Shown: positions 50,762 through 61,561 of the stretch, in pieces
Numbering within the stretch: position 1 is the first letter of the stretch
Layout of the letters: each line of letters begins with the position of its first letter
Source of the DNA: Candidatus Latescibacterota bacterium
GTDB taxonomy: Bacteria; Latescibacterota; UBA2968
Assembly: GCA_965198115.1 (NCBI GenBank)
Contig: OZ240241.1
Span: 6,208,001-6,272,000, forward strand
DNA length: 64,000 bases
Direction of reading: 5' to 3'
Notes under the pieces: generated by a model
Databases searched by the model: none
Told to the model about the DNA's origin: nothing
What the model saw: only the letters and a program-made list of their open reading frames with translations
Made by a program: the position numbers and the translations under genes

Positions 50762-51907
50762 ACGGGTTCGATCGCATTGGCCCGAGATCGACACGCGTGC
50801 ACTTTTGGGGCGTTGGACTGTGACTCCTGGCATTCCAGCCCAGCTGGGGGAGATCGAGCCCGACTGGCTCAATCGGGTGCTTCCAGACCTTGCCGAGGGG
50901 ACATCCGTCGTGACGTGTAAGGTGGAGGAGATCGGCGCGGGACTCGGTTTCACCGGACAGATCGGTCGCGTGCATCTAACCTATACGGTGGATGGCGCCA
51001 GGCCGACATCCGTCATCGTGAAGCTACCGTCTACGAAGCAGCAGGTCAGCGATTGGTACTGGCAGGGCGGTCAGAACATTTATTCGAACGAGATCGCGTT
51101 CTATCGCGAAATTGCTACGACCGTCGATCTCAGGATTCCGGAGGCGTATTACGGAGACGTGGATTTCGATGCACGTCGTGCGATCCTTCTTCTCGAAGAT
51201 CTGTCACCGGCGAGCTCCGGCGACCAGATTGGAGGTTGTTCACCCGAAGAGGCGAGGGATGTCGTTTCTGCGATGGCGGGCTTCCACACCACGTATTGGG
51301 AATCTCCACGCCTGGACAAGCTCGATTGGCTGTGGCCCTACGCGGGAAAGGGCTACGCTCTGCGTCACGAGCGCTACCAGGCCGCTTATCCAGACTTCGT
51401 GAACCACTTCAGTGACGTTGGGTCCAGGGCGCTTGAAATCGCGGAGTGGTTAACGACACGCGGCTACGATCTGCGAGAAGCGGTCGGTCGGAGACCCAGG
51501 ACGATTGTCCACGGGGATCTGCGTCTCGACAATCTGTTCCTTCTGTATGGAGATGTGGCCGTGATCGACTGACAAGGGACGCGTATGGGTCCCGGCATCT
51601 GGGACGTTGCTCACTTCGGGCTCAGAGTCTTAATCCGGATGAGCGAAGGAAACGTGAATCAGGGTTGATCGACCGGTATCACTCTGTGCTGATGAGTCGG
51701 GGGATTGCCACCTCGCGAGCGGATCTGGGTCGAGACTATCGACTTGCGATGTTGACGCAAATGGTCAAACTCGTCGTGGGTAGTGTGCATCTTCCGGCTG
51801 AAGATGAACGGGCCGCGAGGCTTGGCGAAGTCTACCGACACCGTGTGGGTTCGGCTGTGGCGGACAGCTGGGACGAGCCTCTTTTGCGAGATGAGGGATT
51901 GCTATGA
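50727..51907 (+). pseudogene. APH/ecdysteroid-kinase-like phosphotransferase with TGA at a conserved Trp (51570-51572) and a frameshift ~51617; start uncertain
   Basis: VIVKLP, NEIAFY, LLLEDL, HGDLRLDNL, VID*QG (usually IDWQ). Confidence 0.8.
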
Positions 51908-53367
51908 AATGGATCGTCGGTGGATTCTCACACGAGACGAACACGTTTTCAACGATTCCAACCGACCTGGATGCGTTCAAGGCCCGCAGTTTCGGGATTG
52001 GGGATGAGGTTCGCGCAAAGCTCGGGGGTACGCGAACAGCGATTGGCGGGTTTCTGGATGTGATCGACGGCCGTGGGGATGACGCGGCGCTGACGGTCGC
52101 GGCGAGTGCGACGCCCTCAGGAAAGGTAGCGACGGACGCGTTCGATACGATCACGGGATATCTCGTCGATGGTGTGAGGGCGAATCCGGATGCGGACGGG
52201 ATCCTGCTGTCATTGCACGGAGCGATGGTTGCGGAGTGCACGGACGACGGTGAAGGCGAGACGCTGACACGTGTGCGTGCCGCGGCCGGCGATGAAATGC
52301 CGATTGTTGTGGTGCTGGATCTTCATTCGCACATCACTGAGACGATGGTGGAAAAGGCAACGGCCATCATCGGGTTCCAGAAATATCCGCACACGGATCC
52401 GGTCGACCGAGGTGTCGATGCGGCAAAACTGATCGTAAAGGTGGTCGAGAGCACGGCGAGTCCGGTTGCAGCGCTCGAGAAGCCAGCGATGATTCCGGTC
52501 TGTGGTACGTGCAACACGGAGTTCGGGCTTTACAAGGGGCTGTGGGAAGAGGCCTTGAGGCCCGATCGTCCGAAGGAGATCCTCGCCTCATCCCTGTTTG
52601 CGGGTTTCAGCTATGCGGATATTCCCCATATGGGATATGCCGTGCTCGTGTATGCCGATGGGGATGGGACGGTCGCGAGGGAGGAGGCGAAACGGCTGGC
52701 CGATTCGGCCTGGGAGGGACGTGAGGCTTTCCGCTACGAGCCGACCTCGGTCGCGGATGCCGTGACCCGGGCGCGAGAAGCCGCCGAAAAGCCGGTGGTC
52801 ATCAACGATATGGCAGACAATCCAGGCGGTGGGGGGTCGAATGACAGTGTTGCGATTCTGCGGGAGCTGATCGCCCAGGGCGTGACGAGCGCTGCGGTCG
52901 GGACGATCTACGATCCTGAGGTCGTCTACGCGTGCGAACAGGCCGGCGTTGGGAATCCGATCCAGACGACGCTTGGCGCGAAGTCGGATGACTCGCACGG
53001 TGAACCCGTCGAGATCGAGGGCCGTGTCCGTCTGATCTACGACGGCCGTTTCATCTACAAGGGGCCGATGAGCCAGGGTGCCCCCGGCTCGATCGGAAAG
53101 GCGGCCGTAATCGACGTGAACGGGATCCAGGTCATCGCGTGCAGCCATCGCGCGCAGACACTCGACCCCGAGGTTTTCCGGTCGGCAGGGATCGAGCCGA
53201 ATGATGTCGATATCGTGGTCGTCAAGTCAGCGGTCCACTTCCGCGCCGGCTTCGCTCCCGTGGCTAAGGAGATCATCACCGCGGACGGCCCTGGATTGAC
53301 CTCGCTGGACTTGTCGATTTTTCCGTGGACGAACATCCGTCGCCCACTTTGGCCGATTGACGACTGA
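51904..53367 (+). CDS. M81-family metallopeptidase (MlrC-like)
   Basis: HETNTFS, LHGAM, LDLH, YPHTD, DNPGGG, VKSAVHFRA. Confidence 0.92.
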   Translation: MKWIVGGFSHETNTFSTIPTDLDAFKARSFGIGDEVRAKLGGTRTAIGGFLDVIDGRGDDAALTVAASATPSGKVATDAFDTITGYLVDGVRANPDADGILLSLHGAMVAECTDDGEGETLTRVRAAAGDEMPIVVVLDLHSHITETMVEKATAIIGFQKYPHTDPVDRGVDAAKLIVKVVESTASPVAALEKPAMIPVCGTCNTEFGLYKGLWEEALRPDRPKEILASSLFAGFSYADIPHMGYAVLVYADGDGTVAREEAKRLADSAWEGREAFRYEPTSVADAVTRAREAAEKPVVINDMADNPGGGGSNDSVAILRELIAQGVTSAAVGTIYDPEVVYACEQAGVGNPIQTTLGAKSDDSHGEPVEIEGRVRLIYDGRFIYKGPMSQGAPGSIGKAAVIDVNGIQVIACSHRAQTLDPEVFRSAGIEPNDVDIVVVKSAVHFRAGFAPVAKEIITADGPGLTSLDLSIFPWTNIRRPLWPIDD

Positions 53368-53467
53368 AAGACAGCCACTGAGAGCACTGAGAAATTCAGA
53401 GGCGTGGGAATACGCGAGCGTGATCCCACTCAGCGATCTCAGTGGCTAAGCTTCGATTTCGGATAGG

Positions 53468-54630
53468 ATGTTACTGGTGAAGATCACGTCGATCAAAACG
53501 GTGAAGCTGAACATTCCGCGCACCCCTCCGAAGACGAAGCCGTGGCGAGATACGTGGAACAAGACATCACCGCGTTCATTGCCGATCAACTACTACCCTG
53601 AGTTCTCGCGACTTCCTGGAGAGATGCCTGGGATGGGAGGCGGTGAAGTTTGGGTACGAGTGATCGTTGAGGACGGCACGTGGGGATTGGGCTCGTGCAG
53701 CTTCGGCGAGATGACGGCGTCAGTGATCGACAATGTCTACACACCTCTTCTCGAGGGGCGTGACTGTCTGGCCACGGAGTACCTGAACGATTTGATGTGG
53801 CGGGCTGCGCAGCGCTTGGGAGGTGCAGGGCACGCGACGGTGGCACGTAGCGCCGTCGACCTGGCGCTCTGGGATCTGAAAGGGAAGCTTCTGGATTTAC
53901 CAGTCTATCGGCTGCTGGGCGGACCGTGTCGGGAGGCGATCGAGCTCTATGCCACAGGGGATGATCTGGATTGGGCGATGGAGCTGGGATTCAGACGGTT
54001 CAAGCTGACCAATCCGATCCATTACCGCGAGGGGCAGGAGGGTCTGAACCGTCTTGAGGCGAAGGTTGCCGACGCGCGTGAACAGGTCGGTCCAGATGCG
54101 GAGTTGATGCTGAATGCGGTGATGTCCTACAACGTGGAATACGCCGTTCAGGTTGCGGAGACGTTGCAACCTTTTCGGATGAGGTGGCTCGAAGAGCCGC
54201 TGATCCTGGCGACCTTGAAGGCCACATCGCGCTGAAGAAAGCGGTTCCGTGGATGCCGATCGCCACGGGAGAGGATCATCACGGCCGCATCGCGTTCCGG
54301 CAGCTCGTTGAGCACCGGTGCGTCGACGTGCTTCAACCCGACTTGAAATGGTGCGGCGGACTTACCGAAGCGGTGAAGATCTACACTATTGGCGAGGCTG
54401 CGGGTCTTCAGACGATTCCGCACGGCGGTGCCAATACCGCATTCGGCCAGCACTTCGCGATGGCGATGCCCGAGTCTCTGGTCGCTGAGTTCTGGCTGGG
54501 ATCGGATCCGGGGATTCCTCTGGCCGAGGTGAGAAGGATTCCGGGAGTCGCCGTACCCGAAGAGGGGAGAGTGATACCGTCAGACGCGCCCGGATTCGGG
54601 ATGGAGATCGAGGAGGCGTGGATAGATTGA
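53468..54630 (+). CDS. Mandelate racemase/L-rhamnonate dehydratase-like enolase-superfamily enzyme, frameshift ~54205
   Basis: SAVDLALWDLKGK, WLEEPL, ATGED, LQPD, PGFG. Confidence 0.85.
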
Positions 54631-54692
54631 GAACTGGTGAGCTGAGGGAAGGGATCGGGACGGCAGACAGTAGACGGTGGACAGAAAAAAAG

Positions 54693-56112
54693 GGCTCTAT
54701 CCGGGTTTCTCAACGGTGAAACTATAGAATGACAAGGTCATAGATCGTTCCCTACGCTTGGTTGTGTGTGTAGGACAATCAAAGCGAAGGGGGTGCGACC
54801 TATGACCGGGAGCAGATTACTATCGAAACTGCTGAGATTCAAGGGGTTCCGTGTTGTCAGCTGGTGGTTTGAGGGGAGAAGCTGCGTCGTCATCGCCGTA
54901 AAGCCACATAAGAATGGTTGTTGTTGTCCGGAGTGCGGCCGTCGAGGTAAAATCGTCCGCACAATGCCCCATCCGCGTCGGTGGCGTGACATTCCGGTGT
55001 GCGGGTGGAGGGTCTGGCTTCTCTACCATCCTCGGGAGATTCGGTGTCCTACCCACGGTCGTGTGGTCGAGGAGATTCCGTGGGCGGAGCGGTTCTCTCG
55101 GGTGACGTATCGCTTCGAGTATGCCATGCTGCGCTACTGCCAGACCTTGACGCAGAAGGCGGCGTCCGAGTTACTGCGCATCTCTGCCTCGACGCTGTCG
55201 GATCTCCTTCACCGATCCATCACGCGGCTTCGTGAAGGTCATCGTATCCGAGGGCTCAAAACCATCGGGATCGACGAGATCTCCTACGCCAAGCGTCACA
55301 GGTACGCCACGCTCGTTTACGATCTGGACCGCTCCTGCGTGGTGTGGGTTGGCCGCGGCAGGGCGCGTAAAACGATCGATCGGTTCTTCACAGAGGCTCT
55401 CAGTCCCTACCAGAGATCCAAGATCGAGTGGGCCTGCTGCGACATGAGCGAAGCTTACATCGGAGCCATCCAGGAACACTGTCCGAATGCCAAGCTGGTC
55501 CTCGATCGCTTTCACATCGTCAAGGCTCTCAATGCCGCCGTTGACGAGGTCCGTAAGGACCAGTGGCGTAAAGCTGCCCCGGATGAGCGCAAAGCCATGA
55601 AGGGCCTCCGATGGCTCCTCTACCGGCACTCAGCGACACGCTCCAGAGGGGATACTCGGACACTCAAAGCACTGGAGAAGGCGAACTACCGAATCTATAG
55701 AGCCTGGAGACTCAAGGACGAGTTCGAGCAGTTCTGGGAATACAAAGCGCCCTGGGCTGCCGAACGCTTCCTGAAATGCTGGACGACGTCCGCACTCAGA
55801 AGTCGACTTGAACCCCTGCGAAAGTTCGTCAGGACCCTGCGACAGCACTTCTTCGGCGTCCTCGCATTCGTGAACACGCGTCTTACCAACGCCATCGCCG
55901 AAGGCCTCAACCGAATCGTCCAAATCGTCAAGAACCGAGCCAGCGGATTCCGCACACTCGACGCATTCAACGATATGATCTTCCTTACCGTCGGAGACAT
56001 AAACATCCCTGAGCAGATTCCGAAGAGGTTCCGCACACGCTAACCGCGCCCCCATGCCAGGAACCACGGCACCTTCACCCACTTCATCTCGTTGAGAGAT
56101 CCGGATATAGCC
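54693..56112 (+). mobile_element. ISL3-family element, copy 1
   Basis: IRs GGCTCTATCCGGGTTTCTCAACG / GGCTATATCCGGATCTCTCAACG; left flank GAAAAAAAG. Confidence 0.95.
54802..56043 (+). CDS. ISL3-family transposase
   Basis: CPECG zinc finger, IGIDE, CDM, DRFH, EGLN. Confidence 0.95.
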   Translation: MTGSRLLSKLLRFKGFRVVSWWFEGRSCVVIAVKPHKNGCCCPECGRRGKIVRTMPHPRRWRDIPVCGWRVWLLYHPREIRCPTHGRVVEEIPWAERFSRVTYRFEYAMLRYCQTLTQKAASELLRISASTLSDLLHRSITRLREGHRIRGLKTIGIDEISYAKRHRYATLVYDLDRSCVVWVGRGRARKTIDRFFTEALSPYQRSKIEWACCDMSEAYIGAIQEHCPNAKLVLDRFHIVKALNAAVDEVRKDQWRKAAPDERKAMKGLRWLLYRHSATRSRGDTRTLKALEKANYRIYRAWRLKDEFEQFWEYKAPWAAERFLKCWTTSALRSRLEPLRKFVRTLRQHFFGVLAFVNTRLTNAIAEGLNRIVQIVKNRASGFRTLDAFNDMIFLTVGDINIPEQIPKRFRTR

Positions 56113-56119
56113 AAAAAAA

Positions 56120-57536
56120 GGCTCTATCCGGGTTTCTCAACGGTGAAACTATAGAATGACAAGGTCATAGATCGTTCCCTACGCTTGGTTGTGTGTGTAG
56201 GACAATCAAAGCGAAGGGGGTGCGACCTATGACCGGGAGCAGATTACTATCGAAACTGCTGAGATTCAAGGGGTTCCGTGTTGTCAGCTGGTGGTTTGAG
56301 GGGAGAAGCTGCTTCGTCATCGCCGTAAAGCCACATAAGAATGGTTGTTGTTGTCCGGAGTGCGGCCGTCGAGGTAAAATCGTCCGCACAATGCCCCATC
56401 CGCGTCGGTGGCGTGACATTCCGGTGTGCGGGTGGAGGGTCTGGCTTCTCTACCATCCTCGGGAGATTCGGTGTCCTACCCACGGTCGTGTGGTCGAGGA
56501 GATTCCGTGGGCGGAGCGGTTCTCTCGGGTGACGTATCGCTTCGAGTATGCCATGCTGCGCTACTGCCAGACCATGACGCAGAAGGCGGCGTCCGAGTTG
56601 CTGCGCATCTCTGCCTCGACGCTGTCGGATCTCCTTCACCGATCCATCACGCGGCTTCGTGAAGGTCATCGTATCCGAGGGCTCAAAACCATCGGGATCG
56701 ACGAGATCTCCTACGCCAAGCGTCACAGGTACGCCACGCTCGTTTACGATCTGGACCGCTCCTGCGTGGTGTGGGTTGGCCGCGGCAGGGCGCGTAAAAC
56801 GATCGATCGGTTCTTCACAGAGGCTCTCAGTCCCTACCGGAGATCCAAGATCGAGTGGGCCTGCTGCGACATGAGCGAAGCTTACATCGGAGCCATCCAG
56901 GAACACTGTCCGAATGCCAAGCTGGTCCTCGATCGCTACATCGTCAAGGCTCTCAATGCCGCCGTTGACGAGGTCCGTAAGGACCAGTGGCGTAAAGCTG
57001 CCCCGGATGAGCGCAAAGCCATGAAGGGCCTCCGATGGCTCCTCTACCGGCACTCAGCGACACGCTCCAGAGGGGATACTCGGACACTCAAAGCACTGGA
57101 GAAGGCGAACTACCGAATCTATAGAGCCTGGAGACTCAAGGACGAGTTCGAGCAGTTCTGGGAATACAAAGCGCCCTGGGCTGCCGAACGCTTCCTGAAA
57201 TGCTGGACGACGTCCGCACTCAGAAGTCGACGTGAACCCCTGCGAAAGTTCGTCAGGACCCTGCGACAGCACTTCTTCGGCGTCCTCGCATTCGTGAACA
57301 CGCGTCTTACCAACGCCATCGCCGAAGGCCTCAACCGAATCGTCCAAATCGTCAAGAACCGAGCCAGCGGATTCCGCACACTCGACGCATTCAACGATAT
57401 GATCTTCCTTACCGTCGGAGACCTAAACATCCCTGAGCAGATTCCGAAGAGGTTCCGCACACGCTAACCGCGCCCCCATGCCAGGAACCACGGCACCTTC
57501 ACCCACTTCAGCTCGTTGAGAGATCCGGATATAGCC
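56120..57536 (+). mobile_element. ISL3-family element, copy 2 (head-to-tail with copy 1)
   Basis: Same IRs; separated from copy 1 by A7; right flank GAAAAAAAG. Confidence 0.95.
56229..57467 (+). CDS. ISL3-family transposase with a 3-bp deletion in DRFH (now DRY)
   Basis: Near-identical to copy 1; deletion ~56935. Confidence 0.9.
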   Translation: MTGSRLLSKLLRFKGFRVVSWWFEGRSCFVIAVKPHKNGCCCPECGRRGKIVRTMPHPRRWRDIPVCGWRVWLLYHPREIRCPTHGRVVEEIPWAERFSRVTYRFEYAMLRYCQTMTQKAASELLRISASTLSDLLHRSITRLREGHRIRGLKTIGIDEISYAKRHRYATLVYDLDRSCVVWVGRGRARKTIDRFFTEALSPYRRSKIEWACCDMSEAYIGAIQEHCPNAKLVLDRYIVKALNAAVDEVRKDQWRKAAPDERKAMKGLRWLLYRHSATRSRGDTRTLKALEKANYRIYRAWRLKDEFEQFWEYKAPWAAERFLKCWTTSALRSRREPLRKFVRTLRQHFFGVLAFVNTRLTNAIAEGLNRIVQIVKNRASGFRTLDAFNDMIFLTVGDLNIPEQIPKRFRTR

Positions 57537-57537
57537 G

Positions 57538-57568
57538 AAAAAAAGCCCTCGCAGGATCTGCGGGGGCC
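57538..57568 (-). terminator. Intrinsic terminator of the minus-strand operon; ISL3 inserted at its T tract
   Basis: GCCCCCGCAGATCCTGCGAGGGC followed by T7 on the minus strand. Confidence 0.7.
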
Positions 57569-57593
57569 GTTTCATTTGTATGCGGTGGGCGGG

Positions 57594-57899
57594 CTACATT
57601 TCCCCCATTTCCTTCCGAATCTCATCGTTACGCTGGGTAATCTGGCCGACCTGCATTTCAAGCGTTTCGATCTCGGTTCGCTGTCGGTCGAGTTCGCGTT
57701 CCGACATTTGCATCTGCACGAGCAGGGGCTGTCGTTCGGTCTGTATCTGTTTGATGAGCCCCCTGATCCGTTTGATTTCGGTGTCCGCTTCGGCCCTGCG
57801 TTGACGAGCCCGGTTCAGGTCCCAGTTCGTGAAGCCCTTGGCCGCGATCACCAGAAGGCCGAGGACGATTACGAACCATTCGAAGGATCCTAAGACCAC
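57594..57899 (-). CDS. Small membrane-anchored coiled-coil protein
   Basis: N-terminal hydrophobic helix followed by a Q/E/R-rich heptad segment. Confidence 0.7.
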   Translation of the reverse strand: MVLGSFEWFVIVLGLLVIAAKGFTNWDLNRARQRRAEADTEIKRIRGLIKQIQTERQPLLVQMQMSERELDRQRTEIETLEMQVGQITQRNDEIRKEMGEM

Positions 57900-57901
57900 A
57901 T

Positions 57902-58237
57902 CTACTTCCTCGAGTCCTGGTTGGCCTGATCGATCTTCTTGCCCTGCTTCTGGATCAGCAAGTTCTCCTGCACTTTGTTCGCACCCTCGATGTTGCTCTT
58001 CAGGCTCGGAATCTTCCCCTTGTTGGACTGCAGCTCTTCCTTCTAGGTGGCCGCCCTCGCCACATCTTCCACCTTCTGCGTGTTTTCCTCCTCCAACTCC
58101 AACTCCAGACTTGCCGCCGTGGTTTCGAGCTCCTCTGCTTCTCCGACGATGATATCCAGGATCTGCTTATACCGTTTCATCGTGAAGTAGGTGTAAGATA
58201 GTCCAAGGATGGCGATGGTGAGGATCAGCCAGAGCAT
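57902..58237 (-). CDS. Small membrane-anchored coiled-coil protein with an in-frame TAG at 58043-58045
   Basis: MLWLILTIAILGLSY...ARAAT*KEELQSNKGKIPSLKSNIEGANKVQENLL...DSRK*; frame stays open to a stop abutting the next gene. Confidence 0.6.
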
Positions 58238-58323
58238 TTACGGAGATCCGGAGAAGGTGGTTACAGAGTGGTGACGCGGGAATATAGGGGCTCGGCGGAA
58301 CCTATGAAAGAGCGGGGAGCTCT

Positions 58324-58340
58324 TCGGCACGGCCTATGCC
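58324..58340 (+). promoter_or_regulatory. Candidate sigma54 -24/-12 promoter upstream of fliM
   Basis: TCGGCACGGCCTATGCC: GG-N10-GC, close to TGGCACG-N4-TTGC. Confidence 0.45.
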
Positions 58341-58386
58341 TACTCGCGAGGCGAGCAGGTGTGGCAACAGTGTGAAAAATGAGATG

Positions 58387-58417
58387 TTGACAAGCAACCC
58401 TAATAATCACATATAGT
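58387..58417 (+). promoter_or_regulatory. Candidate sigma70 promoter
   Basis: TTGACA 58387-58392; TATAGT 58412-58417 (19-bp spacer, suboptimal). Confidence 0.35.
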
Positions 58418-58452
58418 TGGCCGAATCTTCACCGTTCAAGAGTGAGGTGTCT

Positions 58453-59442
58453 ATGGCGAAGAAGATGACTCAGAAGGAAATCGACGACAGGCTGGCGGCC
58501 GGCGAGAAGCCGAAGCGCGCCAAGAAGTCCAAGAAATCGAAGAAACCGGTGATCACCTACGACTTCAAGCACCCGAACCGCGTGTCGAAAGACCAAAGGC
58601 GAACGCTGGAGAACTTGCATACGAACCTCGCCCGGATGATTTCATCGTCGCTGTCGACGATGACGCAGTCGGTGGTAGACTGTGATATCGCGTTCGTCGA
58701 TCAGACGACGTATGCCGAAGTCATTATGTCGATGACGAACCCATCGCTTTCCTACACGTTCACGATCGAACCCCTCGGGGGTCCCGCCTTCCTGGATTTT
58801 GCTCCGGACGTGGCCTACGGCCTGATTGACTGCGAATTCGGGGGAACGGGTGAGGTCACGCCGCCGAACAGACCCGTCACGGCCATCGAACGGACGGTGA
58901 TGACACGTGTGGTCACGCGCACGTTGGCCGATTTTGAGGCGACCTGGCTGCCGCTGTTGAAGGTCCAGGTGTCGGATGCGGAGCTTGAGACGAATCCGGA
59001 GTTCATGCAGATCGCGGCTCCGTCGGACACGGTGGTTCTGATCGCGTTCGAAGTCAATGCGAAGAACTTTTCCGGTCTGGTGTACGTCTGTTATCCCTAT
59101 TTCACGCTTGAACCCGTGACGCCTTACCTGAATGTGCAGACCTGGGCATCGAGACTCGGCCGAAGATCGGAACCTCAAGAGGCTAGGCTCAACCAGCTTG
59201 GTCAGATCCCTACCGAAATCCGTGTGATCGCGGGACGCGGAGAGGTTCCGGCTGAAGATATCGCCAATGCAAAGGTCGGCGACACCATTGTGCTGAGTAC
59301 ACGAGCTGATGACCTCGCGGTACTTTTTGTAGAGGATGAACCCCTGTTCAGAGTTCACACCGGTATGGATGAAAAGAAACACCGCTACTCGGTAGAGGTG
59401 GAGCAGGCCATCCCGATCGAAGAAAGGATCCATTATGTCTGA
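58453..59442 (+). CDS. fliM: Flagellar switch protein FliM homologue
   Basis: MTQKEIDDRL (LSQxEIDALL-like), YDFKHPNRVSKDQ, FGGTG, ETNPEF, C-terminal SPOA domain. Confidence 0.88.
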   Translation: MAKKMTQKEIDDRLAAGEKPKRAKKSKKSKKPVITYDFKHPNRVSKDQRRTLENLHTNLARMISSSLSTMTQSVVDCDIAFVDQTTYAEVIMSMTNPSLSYTFTIEPLGGPAFLDFAPDVAYGLIDCEFGGTGEVTPPNRPVTAIERTVMTRVVTRTLADFEATWLPLLKVQVSDAELETNPEFMQIAAPSDTVVLIAFEVNAKNFSGLVYVCYPYFTLEPVTPYLNVQTWASRLGRRSEPQEARLNQLGQIPTEIRVIAGRGEVPAEDIANAKVGDTIVLSTRADDLAVLFVEDEPLFRVHTGMDEKKHRYSVEVEQAIPIEERIHYV

Positions 59443-59734
59443 GAATGAGACCACCGCCCACGAGGACACTGCCTGGCCTAGAGACATGATGTCTCGTGTC
59501 GGTCGGCTGGGACGAGCGACGATGGAAGTGGTTGTAGAGCTGGGACGAGCACGCATCCCGTTGGAGGACGTGCTCAATGCGGAACCTGGCAGCATCTTCG
59601 AGACGGACAAGCTGTCTGGTATGCCGATGGAGATTTTTGTCAATGACGTGCTTTTCGCCCGGGGAGAGACTGTGGTCGTCGGGGATCAGCTTGCGGTGCG
59701 TGTGACCGATCTGGTGAAGAACGAAAACCGGTAG
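59435..59734 (+). CDS. fliN: FliN/SPOA-domain protein
   Basis: VVVELGRARIPLEDVL...GSIF...ARGETVVVGDQLAVRVT. Confidence 0.85.
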   Translation: MSENETTAHEDTAWPRDMMSRVGRLGRATMEVVVELGRARIPLEDVLNAEPGSIFETDKLSGMPMEIFVNDVLFARGETVVVGDQLAVRVTDLVKNENR

Positions 59735-59851
59735 AGCTGGAACACCCTTCGACTACGCTCAGGGCAGGCTCCAGCGCGGAGACACTAAAGAAAACTGCAC
59801 ACCAGGTGGTCTTTCTCGAATCGTGGTGCGAACAAGCAACGGAGATTCACA

Positions 59852-61561
59852 TTGGCCGATCGGTTGATTCATTCTGTTGGCGTGACGGAAACGGGGGCAT
59901 CCCCTTCGGCGTGGAAACCACCGACGCTGAAGCCAAAGCCGATGCCGGAACGATTAGCGCTCACCCTGTCCGTGGAGGCCGAGAAGAGCGACGGAGAACC
60001 CACACCCAGACCCGAAGAGCCCGGTATGGTGTTCATTGAAGCGGGGAGATTCGTGATCGGGGATGATGAGGGCGGGCGCGATGCCCAGCCGCAGCACCGT
60101 GTGATGCTGGACGGTTACTGGATCGATCGTCTGCCTGTGACGAACGCCGATTACATGACCTTCGTGGAGGCAACAGACTATCGTCGCCCGGCGCATTGGG
60201 TCACTGGCACGTTTCCGGCAGAAAACGGGAAACCATCCGGTGACGAACGTGAATCGCACCGATGCGATGGCTTTCGCTCGCTGGGCAGGAAAAAGACTGC
60301 CGACGGAAGCGGAATGGGAGAAGGCATCCCGGGGAACGATCGGGCAGACCTATCCCTGGGGGAACGCCTTCCGAAAGGACAACTGCAATAGTCACAATAA
60401 CTTCGACGGCGAGACGACACCGGCCGATCAGTTCCCCAACGGTGCGAGTCCATTCGGTGTATTGGATACGTGCGGGAATGTGATGGAGTGGTGTTCGGAC
60501 TACTACGACGAAGGCTACTATGCTGTCGCACCTCACGACAACCCGGAGGGCCCGAAAGGGCGGTATCGCTCGATTCGGGGTGGGTTCTATTCCGGAAACA
60601 AGGCGGACGTGCGATGCGCGGCGCGCCATTGGGCGCCGGAGGAAACTCTGCAGGATCACATCGGGTTTCGATGTGCGAAGACACCGGGTCAACAGCCGGA
60701 GGCACCGGCCGTAGCTGAAGCGACCTCATCGAGTGAGGGACACAAGGTGGAACCGATTTCGGACGAGCAATCCCTGGAAACGATCGCCGAGGGTCATCCC
60801 GAGTCCGTGGCGAAAGTGGTTCGGGCGAAGCTGAACGAGCCGGGGGACAGGAAGGAACCGCAGATCAGTTGGGTGCGTTGATGATTACGTTGGGACGTGA
60901 TCTCGCGGCCGGTGTGATGAAGTACCTGACGACGGATGAGATCGGGATCCTGGCAGTCGCGATGTCGGTGCGAGCCGTCGTGACAGGGGATGAACGCCAG
61001 TCGATCCAGCAGGATGTGAAGGAGCGCATTCTGGCGGGCACGCATCTGGACTACGGCGGGGTCGATTTCACGCACGAGGTGCTGGAGCGGGCCCTCGGGC
61101 CGCATCGCGCTCGCCGGTTGATGGATCAGGCGGTCGTGGCGGATGCAAGAATGATCCGGGTCCTGGATACCGCCTCACCCGAGCAGATTTTGCCTTTCTT
61201 CATGAAAGAGCAACCCCAGACGATTGCGTTGATCGTTTCACAGATCGATCCTACGAAGGCGAGCGCGATTCTGGCTCTGATGCCGGAAGAAAGACGGCGC
61301 GAAGTGGTGACTCGTATGGCCAACCTCGGGACGGTCCGAGTGAATACGCTACGAGCGCTCGAGGATTCCCTGGCTGACGAACTACAAGCGATGTTGACGG
61401 GGAACGTTGAGGTCGGGGGCGCTGAGACCGTAGCGGTTATCCTCGCGCACACGGATGAGACTGTGCGTCAAGACCTTCTGGCTGCGTTCAGGGCGTCGGA
61501 TGGCGAAATGGCGGATCAGATCGAGCAGGCGGCTGCAAACGGAGGAGCGACCGATGGCTGA
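59852..61561 (+). CDS. Predicted FGE/SUMF1 domain - FliF-C-like peptide - FliG(N+M) fusion; frameshifts ~60230 and at the G5 run 60842-60846
   Basis: MVFIEAGRFVIG, RLPTEAEWEKA, GNVMEW, GFRC; then LETIAEGHPESVAKVVRAKL; then GALMITLG...YGGVDF...KEQPQTIALIVS...VGG; ends before MFXF. Confidence 0.7.

Noticed and set aside
51570-51572. TGA in the phosphotransferase as selenocysteine or TGA=Trp code
   Set aside because: The position corresponds to conserved Trp (IDWQ), not Cys; TGA is a normal stop elsewhere and a frameshift follows ~45 bp later
44775-58045. Amber recoding (pyrrolysine or TAG reassignment) suggested by in-frame TAGs in sigZ, 57902-58237 and the isomerase empty site
   Set aside because: TAG ends many genes at natural C-termini here (29248, 32414, 33546, 59734, 61799), and no pyl genes are in the window; mutation or sequence error is simpler
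59852-60881. FGE-fold gene as a diversity-generating retroelement target
   Set aside because: No reverse transcriptase or template repeat is visible in the window
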